Shown: one piece after another, positions 23,934 through 37,650 of the stretch
Layout: each line of letters starts with the position of its first letter
How positions within the stretch are numbered: position 1 is the stretch's first letter
Origin: Phoronis australis
Lineage: Eukaryota; Animalia; Phoronida
Length of the DNA: 64,000 nt
Assembly (NCBI GenBank): GCA_002633005.1
Contig: NMRA01000097.1
Coordinates: forward strand, 893,734-957,733
Direction: 5' to 3'
Made by a program: the position numbers and the translations under genes
The notes under the pieces: model-generated
What the model was told of the DNA's origin: nothing
Database searches by the model: none
Seen by the model: only the letters and a program-made list of their open reading frames with translations

Positions 23934-26646
23934 GTAGGTTGTATTTGGTCTTCCGTTAAATATGCCGACATAATGAAGAGATCCATCGAACTCTCCACAA
24001 CTAGGAGAACTCTCATGTACCACAGTTCGCTTATACATGCGCATGCTAGAAAACGTCTACAAATTATTCACTTCCATACCATATGGTACCACGCAACGCA
24101 TAAATAATCGCGCCACCTGGGTCCTTTGAAAATAATTCCTCATGTACAGCTACCACAGATCAAGAATTGTGTAATTTACACGGCTATCGGCAGATCGAAC
24201 TTATGCGGCAGGGAGACAGTTGCCAACTTCAACCCCTCCCNAGCCCCCACCCATTCTTCTTCTCGCGCACTCCTTTGGAATTCAAATACCCGAGTAAAAA
24301 CCAGCTCTTCATTCTCGGAATCGGTGACCAAATTACCCTGGATACCATCGACGACCACATGCCTTCACGTTATGTACAATAAGGAACTTGTACTGATCAC
24401 TGATCATTTTTTTTCAATGTACACTCCCACCGCAGCTGCAAGTTTCATATGAAAAACAATCTTAAGGTCTGATAAGTTTCGGTGAATATTTCAGCGATAC
24501 TATAAGGTTTCGATTTGAATTTTTCCCTGTTGATATTTTGTCATCACCTAGTCAATTGTCTTTATGCCATATGTCCTTACCCTGCGCCACGCTGAACACC
24601 ACCCGTAGATCAGGCTTCTCGGCGGACACGATATGCGTGTGCATTCGGATTTTTTGACCGCAACGTTCCGCTTTTAAAGAATACAAATGATAACATTAAG
24701 CCCAAAAATCTAGAGTTTACATAAGCATAAGTTGGAGGAATTTTACAAGAACGTCAGTCGTCTGATTGTTTCAATATAAAATCTTTGCAAGGGATAAATC
24801 AATGGAAGCTAGGACTCATAAAATAGGTGGTTGGCTTTATGAAGCCAGTGATGACCAAAGTACCATTATACGACCTGTAGTTTGACATTTTGCTTCGAGT
24901 TTCAGTTGTTAATAAGCGGCGGGTGCGCACGGGCACTGAGGCACACTACAAAACGATTGAAATTATACCGTAAAGATCTGTGTATGAATATAATCATTCG
25001 TTCAATGGTGGACATTGATTCTCAAGTCAATCCACGAAGCCTACAGATTTGAAATTTTCTTGCGTCTTGCAATGAAGATGTTATAATTCTCTGGCGCCAT
25101 AGATCAATAGAATTAGGAAAGTAAAGTGAAATATTTATAACTATAAATGCGTTAATAACATTATATCAAAACAGCTGTAACAGGTTTACTGATTCCGACT
25201 GTACATCAATCTGTCCTAAACAATCAAACGGCGAGAATTTTACAGGTTACGCGAAACCCAGGCTGCAACTGAGAACTGTGCTTAAGTTCGATTCGTATAC
25301 AAATTTCCCCGGTGACATGTTTATCTACTACATTTGGTATCGAATTTTCACTGCAAAAGTTCAAATTAGTCCCATCCACTGTTTTCATGCGCACACTAAT
25401 TGTAATCGATTCTACTTGAATACGAGCAGTAAACTTTTCACGCCAAAGGCAGTGCGTGCATTGATTGTACACCGTCGATGCTTGAATGGACAGACGACAG
25501 TATCTGCATGTACACAGACTATTTGTTAAATCGGGTATAACACGTACGTACTCTCATTAACACAAAACGTTCTTTTATTTTGCATTTCCTAGAGTTTTTT
25601 ATAATACTTCAGATGATCTTCAATCTCAGTGGGCTTTTCGTTAACTTTGAACGCGGACTTGGCAAATAAAAGCCGAATGAGCATAAAACGCTGTTATTGC
25701 ATTGTCTACGTTTTCGTGTTACATTTGCATTTCGCGGGCAAACACAAAGAATGCGTTTTAAACTTTGACTGTGTGTACTATCTGAAGGCGGTTACTATTT
25801 CCAATCGGTGAGGTTAGATCAAATGGTTCGATTTCCACTACACTGAGAAGGCTGACCCCTGAACCAGCAGCTCAAACTTTACAGGGTGTCTCAAAAAATA
25901 CAGCCCATCATCGCAACAAACATTTAAATCACACAAGAAACTCCACCAAAGGTGACATTTTCGATAAGCTGGCCTCATGCCAATAACAAAAATAAAGATT
26001 TGAAGATTCTAGTTTTAAAAACGCGACAACAGGAGCACATATTTCAAATGACTCGAAGTTTACTGCAGACACACCTGAAGTCAGTGACCAAAGTTGGCAA
26101 TCATCTTGACTCATGCATGTCTTTCCTGATGGTACGAGTCGCTTTGGTGCTTGACACGCCACAGAATGCAAGGACATTAGGTTCGCATTTGATCAGATTT
26201 TGGGGGTGAGATAGGCCTGCCTTGTTGCTGCAGTTTTGCTTTCCTTCTCTCGGAGTCTCTCATCTCTACCCACATGGTATGGAGACCTTGAGATTAATTT
26301 CCCGCCCAATCGTACTATTTCTCTCTTCGTTTTTTTCTCTTTTGATGGGACTTGAAATTTGTGAGCAGCAAGTGAGTTTAACTTCTCGCAGTATATTTGT
26401 TGAAATTGAAACCAAATCTCTGCTTGTAAGGTTTTAAATAAGTAGCGACAAAGTTGTTTTCTTCTTCGTTGTCCAAGGCAATAAACTGTAAAAATCTCCT
26501 CTCTTTCAATGTGAAGAATCAATATTGGGATTAGTTAAGGCAGGTTGCATGTACTTTGAGACACCTAGTACTTATATTTTTCCATGAAATTGTGAAACCT
26601 GTTCTCGTAAAACCTGGTAATAAGCAGCATTTGTATTATAAACAAA

Positions 26647-26835
26647 CAATTGCAGTCGGACTGATGCACGTTTTACCAGACGTGCGCATGCACAGGCCGC
26701 TCGAGTGGCCCCATTGCACTGATGACTGCGAACCATTCTGATGCTTTATTAATATATAGATAAATCGCGGCTGAGCAGCTAGAGACCTGGCTCAAGGGTC
26801 TAACATTGTGCCCCTGTAGGACTCGAACTGACGAG
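26647..26835 (-). mobile_element. tRNA-derived SINE, copy A (5' eroded)
   Basis: Reverse complement has GTTCGAGTCC, cccttgagccagg-tctagct-ctcagc and gcacgtctggta-aacgtg, shared with 45979 and 61269. Confidence 0.8.
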
Positions 26836-26997
26836 AAATTATTGTGCAATATTGGAATTGAATCGTTTTAAAAGAACCCATGCACAATTAGAAAAAGGAA
26901 TAATACGAAATTCGTGTTTCAGCACCTTACAGTTTCACTTCCTCTTTTCGACTTGAAAATGACTTTAAGTGACAGGGAGTCAATAGGAAATGGCGCT

Positions 26998-27130
26998 CTT
27001 GTTTGACTTCGCGGGTTCCACCGAGTCAACCGGCTATGACATCTGATTGGTTCTCTATGACGACTTCCGACTTACGAACCAATCAGATGTCTTAGCCGTT
27101 GACCAGGGGGAACTGGCAAAGTCAATCAAG
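26998..27130. mobile_element. Hairpin (palindromic) MITE
   Basis: ggctatgacatctgattggttc pairs with gaaccaatcagatgtcttagcc; the outer arms also pair. Confidence 0.75.
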
Positions 27131-29398
27131 CTGCACATTGTTCTTCCGAATAAAATGGTGCTCAATACACTGGTTGTAGAAAATGCGTGTAGGTAATGGA
27201 TGAGGACCAACCGTCAAGAAATAGAGTTTATCTCCGAACTCAGACTCGACTCATAATCAACTAAAAACTAAATCAATCACGCCGCCTGTTGCTAATATAA
27301 ATGTGTACGTTTACTCAATTTGTGCCACGCAATTAATCCAATTCCGAATACTAAGATACATTGTATAACCGTGGGCTCTAGAAGCTGAATGATCGTCCAG
27401 TCAGTTAAATTTGTTCTAATTAAATCAAGGCTCGTTATTTGAAAACAACATATGGAGCCAAACATTGTGTGATTTGAGTTTCTATTCACGATAAATTAAC
27501 CATGACCTAAAACCAATCACAGCATTTCAAGTGTACAGCAGATCACGTGATCGTAGAACTGCAGTACTTCTCACCTTTAACAAAATCCATCCTTCTTTAA
27601 CTTGACCAATCACTAAACAGCAGATTACAGGTTGTTCTCTATTCACTGCGTAGTGCTAATGAACCAACATTTCATCGTGTGAGTAAAAACAGGAAGAGAC
27701 TCATTTACACGGAAGAGCTCTTAAAAACACAATACGACTATTTGAACATGTGACCATCCTGTCACCATCAAGGTTCTCAGTGAACGCTGAAACGTGTCCA
27801 TTCCAAGCACGCGAAGAGCGCTTTAAACAGCATCGTTGTTCACAACAAAATTAACTTGTCAGTTTGCAAAGAGTAACTGTGACACTGTCGGCGAGAAAGA
27901 TGACTTTCCGAGATTAGCCCAAGCACGCATTTAAACTCACAACCTAAGCTACTACAGATCAACGGTCTGCTCGCTGTCAGAGCAAAGCCCCGTTCAAAAA
28001 CTGGAAGTGTATCACAGAAACACAGATGTTGTTATTGTTTTGTAGCTCTGGCCAAATTCAATATCTTCAAAATGTCCAACAACAAACCCCAAAAAGTGTT
28101 GTTTTGTTGTAAAAATGACAATATCCCTCTAACTCCCCTCTGACTTCACAGCACAATGAGCACACTGTTGTAATGAAGGAAGCTATCAATTTAATTCTAA
28201 TGTGATAAAGTTCAAAATGTCTCCAATGAATTCCTAGTATCACTCAAAAGTCTAAAAACAACATTCTTGGAATCGATTTTTGTTTTCTGTGTACTTGGTG
28301 TATTTTCCAATTTATTTTGCGGCATCACGATACACAAAAAGGACCTGAAAGTTCTACCGTGGATATTACGCGTTAAACATCTCGATTTATACACTTTATC
28401 TTTCTTCACATTTTTTAAAATGAAAGAAAAACATTTTAAATTCAAAAGAGTGTAATTTATAGTTTAAGTTAAAAATTCAAAATTTCGACTTCACACTCGA
28501 ACGTATAGCGTTTATATTGGGGTCATCAAGTGCAAAGAAAGGTTCGACATTCATCGAGGTAAACCATGCTACACTCGAGCACAGAATAATACACAATAAT
28601 CTTGAGTTTGTACTAAAATAGAACAAAAATGTCAATAATAATTTCGAGAAAAAAATTTGTCCCAGGGTCTTGAGCTTAGAGTCCATGGTGTACTTCAAGT
28701 CGAGCTCAACCTATTTTGGTCATTTTCAGTGCGAACTCGAGGTAGGAATCTGTAATTTTATACTCGAGTATATCACGTTTTTTACTCAAAATAACGAGTT
28801 TTCGCTCGAGTCTGTAGCTCGAATCTAAGAGTCCTCTCTCGAGTCATTCGTCGCTCTCATCTCACACATACGTTTAAGTTAGATTTATACAAGTGGTTAA
28901 TGTTTACAGATATGCCGGTGGTTACAAGCTTTCGTCTACACTGTATACAATTTCGAACTAAGTCGCAGACATCTGTCTCCATACAACTGACAGCGGCAAA
29001 TCTGCTACCCGTATTCCGAAGATGTACGTACATGAATACTGGTGGAAATCAACCGTCCCTGATTATACAGTGCATGTAGATATCACATTAATAACACGAA
29101 GCATGCAGCCCGTTTGACCACATTTCACAAGTCCGGTCGTACTTAAGACGGTCGTAGGCACGTCATTTCTAAGGCAACGCTGCATCTCATGTAAGAATGA
29201 AATATGGTCTTAGCTCACATTTAACTTGAACGCAAGTCTTCATAAACCACGTCAATGAATCGTTTGGTAAATAAAAATTCACGGTACTAGTGTAATAGTT
29301 ACTATCCGACTTACAAGCTTTAAAAATCGACTGCTAGGCCGAGGTCTAATCTAGAAACTCCAACTCCATATTACTTGGTGCCATTTTCTCTTGTCACC

Positions 29399-29661
29399 CA
29401 TGGGCACACCCAGCGGGGGGGTGGGCTCGGAGGCTCGAACGAGCCCCCCCCCCCACAGTTTGGCGAATTGGGAAAAAAAGGTCCGCCTCGGTGAAACAAA
29501 ACGTCGGATAAACGAAACAAAAGTCCACAAAATCCAGGGGAAGTCGGCGCTGATGCACAATTCGTGGGTCTGAACCTAGTAGCTCCGTTGGTTCTCGTTG
29601 GTTTTTTTCAGTAAAAAAATTCGAGCCCCCCCCCCTATATTTTAGGCTGGGTGAGCGCATG
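29399..29661. mobile_element. hAT-like MITE (TIR CATGNGCNCACCCAGC); related inverted copy at ~35815-35985
   Basis: catgggcacacccagc ... gctgggtgagcgcatg; cgagccccccc subterminal motifs; TSD not clean. Confidence 0.75.
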
Positions 29662-29850
29662 TCACGTCTACTTGAAATTTTGAGTTCAGACTAGAGCTTC
29701 AAAACTCGGAGTCCAAACTAGGATAAGACTTTCATCCACTGACGTAAACAGAATAAATTCATTCCTTGTTAAGTAAGACAGAAAATGTCAAAAATAGTTT
29801 GGAACGCGTGTACGAGTTCAGAGATTAGCCCCCCAGGCCTTAGATTACGG

Positions 29851-30245
29851 CAGTGCTGTAGTGGGGCGTAGGCGCACGTAGGCGCAGTCAACCACCGTTT
29901 GGCATTTCAACGTAGCGCCTACGCACCGTAAGCTACGTTATAGTGAGGCGTAAGCGCACGTAGGCGCAGCCAACCATCTTTTTACATTATGCACTGAGTC
30001 TCTTCCTTGCAGTACAGCTGAATGTGAACGAGGATTCAGCCTTCCTATATGTGTGGTTAGACCATTTTCTGCGGCATCCTAGATTCGCCACAGCAGACTT
30101 GATGCAAATACCCACTCGTGAGTCAAAAATAGGCCTCATGTTTGTGAGGTTTTGCGAATTCAGTGCCCTTTTAAAATTCAGTGCTCAAGGTGATACGGTG
30201 GGCTTTGCGCGCCTACTTACCTCTAATTTTACCACTACAGCACTG
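29851..30245. mobile_element. hAT-family MITE with 14-bp TIR CAGTGCTGTAGTGG and perfect 8-bp TSD GATTACGG
   Basis: gattacgg at 29843-50 and 30246-53; subterminal gtaggcgca repeats. Confidence 0.92.
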
Positions 30246-30424
30246 GATTACGGTTTTTGCACATGAACCGCAAGTGTCATTTAAATTGAACCAAACGAAT
30301 TTTCCAATTAGGTTGATAGTTAGACGCCTAATTTATTTTTCATAACCATATGAAATTACAGCTTCACGTTCAAACAGTTTACTCATACGCACTGCGTTAT
30401 GCTGAATATAGAGGCGAACATGGC

Positions 30425-30620
30425 TAGAACACGTCAAAGCTCAAAGGAGTTGTCCATTTGCTGCTACGTATCAAAATATTAGAAACCAGCATGGTGATGA
30501 CCGGACTTAGTAGTCATATTATAGAACACGTCAAAGCTCAAAGGAGTTGTCCATTTGATGCTACGTATCAAAATATTAGAAACCAGCATGGTGATGACCG
30601 GACTTAGTAGTCCTATTATA
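30425..30620. repeat. 97-bp tandem duplication (2 copies, ~2 mismatches)
   Basis: tagaacacgtcaaagctc... at 30425 and 30522. Confidence 0.92.
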
Positions 30621-30911
30621 ATTCGTGCCTTATCGATATTCTACGTCACCAGAGACTTTACGGAGGTGGAAACATCCAGGGCCGAGTTCGGTAATTGTCT
30701 CGCAGACAGAAAAAAAATAGCCAAAATCACGTACTCCCATTGAAAATACACGGCGATATCTCACGGAGTCTTGCGAGATCTTGCTTTTCTAGCCAGACAC
30801 TAGTGATAATGAACGCGGCCCAGTTTGCGTCCTTCGATTTATTACAACACATTTGGCCCCTGGATGGAGGAAATCACATTCTTTTGATATTTCATATTGC
30901 TGAAGTTTTCC

Positions 30912-30967
<56 letters not shown>

Positions 30968-30978
30968 GGTGGTGGTGG
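30912..30978. repeat. Compound (GTT)n(GGT)n microsatellite
   Basis: Read directly. Confidence 0.95.
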
Positions 30979-31997
30979 CGTTTTTGTCACTGTTTGTTGT
31001 TGTTGTTTCTGCTGCTGTTTCTTGCAAAAATCTCACCATAATTCCGTGTTCAGGCTCATCGACCACCTTCACAACTCTCGTAGACTTTCATAGACTTTCT
31101 AATAACGCCTGTGTTCACAAACAGGCGCCTGCCAAACTAAGGTCCTAAAGGAAGACCTCGCCACCATCGACTGAAGATGGGAATGGTGGACTTCGCGCTC
31201 TTGCTGTTGATGCGTGTTTTTGCTACGCTGGTGCTTCTCGGCCAAGCCGGACACACTTAAAACTGGCATTAGAGGAGGCTCCCTGTTTCATACATCAATT
31301 AACTCCATGGCTTTATCATGACTTAATTGTCTTACGAAAACCAGAACAAAGGGTTTCATCCTAAAACAAGAACCGGAACTATGTTTTACAAAGATGATGC
31401 TTGAAGAGCGTCTCGGAACGATGACGTCAGAGGCCATGATGGCGGACTTCTTTTGGGCATTATCGTTAGTTGATGTTTCAATCAATTAAAATCAGCAAGT
31501 CGGGTTGGAAATTGAGTACCCCAGTTCTAGAGCCACACCATTACTGATGAGGTGTTTATTGTACTTAAACAGAGGATCGTCAGAGTATTGCCTCATCTGG
31601 CTGCTCAGTAATGTCACAACTTGCCCTGTGCTCAGGGTAGCGTACACCACGCAATATTGAGACAGTTTTAGGAAGGAGCATTTAGGAATGAGCACGTGGG
31701 ACTGTGGTCACCATCTGGCTGTACTTCTTTGCAGCGAATGGCAAAGGGTTAGGGTGGTTACGTCTAGACTTCGTGAGATTGTCCTTCACAGTCTTCTGCG
31801 ATCAGATGTGATGAAATCGTCTCCTCGTCCTCTCTATGCTACGTGATCAGTCCTCACATTTCTCGTTGGAAGTCTCTCATTCAATCTAAGCTGAAAATAT
31901 AAGTTAAGCTGACTTTAAATGCACAGTAGTTCAATTTGAAAACAATCTTTTCCCGCCACCTGCGGGGCTAGATTTTGTTGTTAAGGAAGACTTCACG

Positions 31998-32152
31998 CAG
32001 GGCCGGATCCAGAATTTTTAGTTAGGGGAGGGCAGGACAGTGTATTAACCAGGAATTTACCAGTCAGACATTCGCACCTCCTAACTGCCAAACGGAATCT
32101 GGGAGAGTTTTGGGGGGCATGGCCCCCTTGGCCCCCACTAAACCCGCCACTG
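31998..32152. mobile_element. Short hAT-like MITE (CAG-GCGGATC family; relative at ~55963-56211)
   Basis: cagggccggatcc ... aacccgccactg with G/C-run subtermini. Confidence 0.6.
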
Positions 32153-34904
32153 CCACGGGGGACAGACGGGCGCAGAAGCTCGAACAATATGCTACCATGA
32201 CATACTGATATTGGTCGTATGCTAAAACCTAAACCATTTTGCCATTTCTAGTGGTTGAATATTCCAACCGTATATATGTAGGTCATTACCAATTGATAGG
32301 ATTTTCGCCGTGAATCGAACAATATCAGGCAATTAATTTTCAATATGACAAGGTTTTGACATTGATGTCGGGAAATTTCTACACGACAAATAAACGAATT
32401 AAGCCATCGGACTATTCCGATTGACAAAAAGCTACAACTTCACAACGGCAGTTTTTGCTTCACAGTGAGGGAGCCAACCAGTGGTAATTGAAACAATTTT
32501 AAGCAGAACAAAATGGACATGAAACAGATGAAAACAACAAATGTACAAAAGAGTGGTTAGAAACAAACATTTTAATAATAATATCACAAACGATTTAACA
32601 AAAAGAAGTAGAAATTGAAAACTGGTTGTGACTGTCACTGATGTCATTTTATCTGCTAAAGTATTACATGAATTTCAATTTCGCGAACGTTTTAATGTAA
32701 GGGAAACGATAAATTGCTATTTGCTTCATGAAAGTTCAAGTTTTTGATTGGTTTAAGTTTCAATCAAGCACAGAAGACAATGCAAATCTGCCCGTTTTTG
32801 GTGTAAGGACACGTCTTGTTTAGGCAGCTATATTTCCCCGTTAAGCTGACAAAAACGAATCTCTAAATAGGAATTTTACTGCCATCAAAACGGTCTCATA
32901 ATATCCCTGGTCATTATAAGAATTTATTTTCGTTACCAAGAAGAACATCGAATCATCAGAGACTCGAGAAGTCGCATCAGAATTTATTGGAGTTAGACAA
33001 CCCTAAAATTGCGAATTCGAAAATGGCGCATGTAAGCACTCGCCGTGAATTTGAGTTGCCGGCTAATTCGGCAACAATTCATGATCGGACGGTCGTAGTA
33101 ATGTTTTAAGACCAATCTTTGGTCAAGAATTCACCATTGACAGTTATACAGGGGCGAAATGTCGCTTAATTATGTTTTGGACGATGATTCATTTTCCGTT
33201 TAACTGAGTCTAACAGCATTTTCATGCGAAATGGTGTCATTTGAACGAAGAAGCAACTCATTAAAATTGACTTGCCCAGTGAAAACAGCATCTAAATAAC
33301 GATGTGACAGGACTGAAAGCGTTTAGTATGCCGTGCACGCGACACAGTTTGATCATGTTCAATGGAATCCCGGCATAGACGCTGTAGATTCATTTCCGAC
33401 GGATTCACACGTGCTCATTCATTCCGTAAGTAGTCAATAGTCATGATTGACTCACCAATCTAGGAGAGAAATTATCACACAAGTCTCTGATTAGTTCTCT
33501 TTATTTCCTCATGTTTGCAATTGTTTCAATATGAGCGTGTAAGAGGACAATTAACTCCAGACCGTTCGCGTTGCCTTGGGTAGGCTGAACGTGGAGTGTA
33601 GAACAATGAGTGACAAGCGCCGTCTAAAATGACGGGCTGAAGCTGACGGCGTCTTTAACGAGAAACGCTTCCTATTTTCGATGTTGCCTTCGCTAAAATT
33701 TAATTCGGCTAGTAATTTTTTGAAGAACATTTCTCACGTTAACTTCGGTTTCCCTGGCGTCTACTTTCTCTCCGTGTAACAATAGAAAGTGACGTAAGAC
33801 TCAGCGAAATACCCGTATTTTGGTTCAGCATTCATGTCCATTGAGCAAACACAGGTGACTGACACAGATCGTGTTCAAAAGAGTCGGGCATTGTGATTAC
33901 TCAGTGAAGGTGAATACAGAACTAGATGCAAGCCGGTTCTGTCATTCTAAATTGCATCATAAATAGTAAAAAAACGCGCCACGATAACCAGAGACGAGTA
34001 TATTCACTATACAACATGAAAAACGATTGCTTTCCCTTTGAGCTAGTGTCATCAAAAGAGATCACTGTTCCGGGCTACAGTGTTTAAAATGTCCAAACGA
34101 TTCAATTTAGAACTGCAAGTTTGTCATTTGCAACGAACTAGGGAAGAGCAGCCAATTTACCTTGGCTAAAACAATCAAAGCTGACCTCGTTTTCAACCAC
34201 ATTGTACTTCCTGAGAAATATCTGACAACTCATGGACAGCACTTGGTAAGGGGCAAAACTGAGGATATTCACTTTCTTCAAGGTATGATAAACCACAAAA
34301 TTTATGACTTTAGGCAAAAAGACACTCCCCACGAGACAATTAATGGGACAATATCTCGCAAGCAGTGAAAGCAGCCAATATTGTGACGTATAAGTGTACA
34401 CTATATATTTGGGGTAGGCTAATGCAAGATTGTGCAATTTTTTTTCTTAGTTTGCCCGGTTCCTTTTCTTAGCATGCTTTTATGCTTCACCATTTGTCCG
34501 AATCTAGCGGAAAGGGGCACCCCTTTACCAAACCTGGTGTGACTGCGGTTCCATTGTCTCACGTTTTTATACTTACACTGTATCATTATCGTGCATGTTC
34601 CGTGTTGAAATTCCATTATATGAGATCACGCGCGATTAGTCCCTACAGGACGAACGTTACCATTTTTCTCCTTTAGCAATTAGTTGGCGTAATAACTCAT
34701 AAAGCAAGTCACAAGATATCATAATTTCACATTAGCTCTGCGTTTGCAGCTCTTCTAAAGCATTAGCGACAGCTGTTTAATGTCAAAGTTGTCATGTCGA
34801 AAACAACTGAAACACTGTCGGAACTAATTGCGGAGTATGATTAAGTTGAGACTACGAAAATAATTATGATCGCCAGTCTCATAACAGAAAATAATTATTA
34901 GTAT

Positions 34905-35670
34905 ATTAGTACAATTTAGGTTAACTCAAAGTAACTTGAATACAGGTACAATTTAGATTAACTTTTCAAGTAATTGTAGAAAGATTAGTAATATATTATT
35001 ATGAGTGCTAATTTTATTTATTAGTAACATAGTATTAGTATCCACTAACATAATATTAGCACCCAGTAACATTGTATTAGTATCCAGTAACATTGTATTA
35101 GTATCCAGTAACATTGTATTAGTATCCAGTAACATAGTATTAGCACCCATTAACATTGTATTAGTATCCAGTAACATAGTATTAGCACCTAGTAACATTG
35201 TATTAGTATCCAGTAACATAGTATTAGCACCCAGTAACATTGTATTAGTATCCAGTAACATAGTATTAGCACTCAGTAACATTGTATTAGTATCCAGTAA
35301 CATAGTATTAGCACCCAGTAACATTGTATTAGTATCCAGTAACATAGTATTAGTATCCAGTAACATTGTATTAGCATCCAGTAACATTGTATTAGTATCC
35401 AGTAACATAATATTAGCACCCAGTAACATTGTATTACTATCCGTGACGCATTATACCTTACATATACTTCAAATTGCGCCAATATTCAAGTTACTAAATT
35501 TAGCACATACAGTAACACATTGCTAAACTTTGTACTTCACAATTACTTGAAAAGTTCTAGATATGGCTTAAGTTACTTGAAGTTAACTTAAATTGTACCA
35601 ATATTTAATTTCTTTTAAGTTTAACCTCAATTGTACAAATATTCAAAATAGTTTAAATTAACCTAAACTG
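34905..35670. mobile_element. Foldback-like element: subrepeated inverted arms around a 21-bp minisatellite (35023-35442, 20 copies)
   Basis: Left arm aacttttcaagtaattgt / gtacaatttag; right arm acaattacttgaaaagtt / taaattgtac; unit agtaacat(a/t)gtattag(t/c)a(t/c)cc. Confidence 0.8.
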
Positions 35671-37470
35671 TCAAAAAACAGTTGAATCAATGAAACGTCA
35701 ATGACCTTGAAGAGAACTCTATTTAACTCGTCATTTCACCCGCATACAGTCTAAAAAATGGGGCCTCGAATTTTTAAGAATGTGCACCTTTTACGGGTTA
35801 CGTTCAGAGTTATGAATTGTGCATTCGTCGACTTTTGGTAGTTCTTGTATTTTTATCGGATTTTTATGTCATTTTCTGTTTTCTTCGGAGATTTTGTTTC
35901 TCTGAGGTGAACCTTTTTGCCACTTCGCTAAATAGGGGACTCGTTCGAACTCCCCGAGTCCCCCCTCCCTGGGAGCGCCCAGGTATTAAAAAAACACCAA
36001 AACCTACACCTTCCATCACAAAAACAAATTTTAATTAAGACAGCTAAATGTTATGAAATTGGTCTCAATTGATCCTGAGTGAAATTACAGGCGATTACTT
36101 TTAACCTTAAAAGGTTTAGCTGTTCAAGTTGGTTTGTCATTGTCTGTTATTCCATGCGCAGAGCACGGTGTGAAGGAAAGACGAACTGTCAAAAGTCACG
36201 GTAAGAAAAAAATGATATCAATTTTACAACCGTAGTATTGCAGATCATAAGGAAAAATTCAGACCCGTTTTACAACGGTAAGTAGCGTAAACCAAAATTC
36301 GGTCTGTGACGGAACGTTGGCTTATAGCCACTTAAAATAAACTTTTTTGTGACTGTCGTTAATACATTTTCCAATGAAAAAGCGTTGCATTCTGAATTCA
36401 CTTACACAGAGGACCAACTCCCACCTTACACATGGCTGTTGTTGCGCATGTCCCAGTTTGAGAACACCATGCCATCACGTGACCATTGAATATTAGCGAA
36501 AAACATTCAAGCTAACAATTGGTTGTAGCCTGTCCCGGATGTGGCAGATTCACGAAACATGCACTGCTTAATTTTTGAGTTAGAAAAATTACTCTCCCAC
36601 ATAGCTATCACTGAATGAAGTGCTATGAAAATGTGAGTAAATCACGTTTTAAGAATAATTTACACAAAACAAACTATATGAATAACATAATAAATTATCA
36701 TTTTATATTTACTTATTATTTTACACTCATATTTCTGTACTGTTGTCAGTCATAATAAATAAATGACCTCTATTTCGCCTATATACGCTCTCTTTTTTAT
36801 CTCTGGAAACGGACCTTGCGACGCACTTATCTTTTTCGGGACATACGTCGAACATAAATCACAGTATTAATGTTCTCGGAGACTTAGTACTTTGCTGAAG
36901 TAAGATCCAATTATTAGCACAAGACGGGATAAGTCTTAGTCACCGTTCATGAAGCAGGTCCCAGGATTGTTAAGTTTACTTATCAAACTGCGTTAATCGT
37001 CCGTCGCTTGACAGTGCTGCTGCGATTGGCCGTCAATTAATGATTACAATCAACGGTAATTACAATCCTCCAACACAACGAGAGTCTGATTATCTTATCA
37101 CGGTTTTATGATAACCTTCGAATCACTCGCTCACAGCACGAGTACATTCACGCGCTGAAGTATTATTGACATTTTGCCTAAATTATATCATGTAATGCAA
37201 TAGACAACTGGGTCTCTGACGTAAGTGTTGTCGAAAACCATGGCTTTTCATTAGAACCGAAATGTGCATCTTTCATGAAGACTTTGTGCGTTACTTGAGC
37301 ATTACGTATAGATATGCTGCAGGACACGACACGGCGGACAACATGGCGTCCTGTCCACATGTTTCTGTCAGTGCGTTGATGTATTTATAGTAATTAATTA
37401 TCCCTCATGACGTTCGCAAGCACACATTTCCTTTTATGCTCTCAAGACTCCTGTGCTCCGTTGTATGAAA

Positions 37471-37650
37471 CTCAACTAAGGTCCCTAAATCTTTTACACA
37501 TTTGTGTAATTCTTTACTCGGAAATGTTATCTTTTGCTATCATTTTATCTTTCAATGAGCTCCTCTTTGACTGATGGCATTTTCTAATAGTGAAACTAAA
37601 AGCTGAGCTCATAATTCAATGAAAATAAGTAGGGACCTAGTCCTTAAATT
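37471..37650. repeat. Dispersed repeat, inverted relative to the copy at 47917-48097
   Basis: tgagctcctcttt...cattttctaata pairs with tattagaaaatg...aaagaggagctca. Confidence 0.65.

Noticed and set aside
30695-31148. Poly-V/G/L/N/T ORFs
   Set aside because: Microsatellite translations
31100-31830. GC-richer stretch that looks coding
   Set aside because: Short frames with stops and no recognisable motif on either strand
34953-35526. Heptad-repeat ORFs on both strands (antifreeze/LRR-like look)
   Set aside because: Translation of a 21-bp minisatellite inside an inverted-repeat element; no splice or start context
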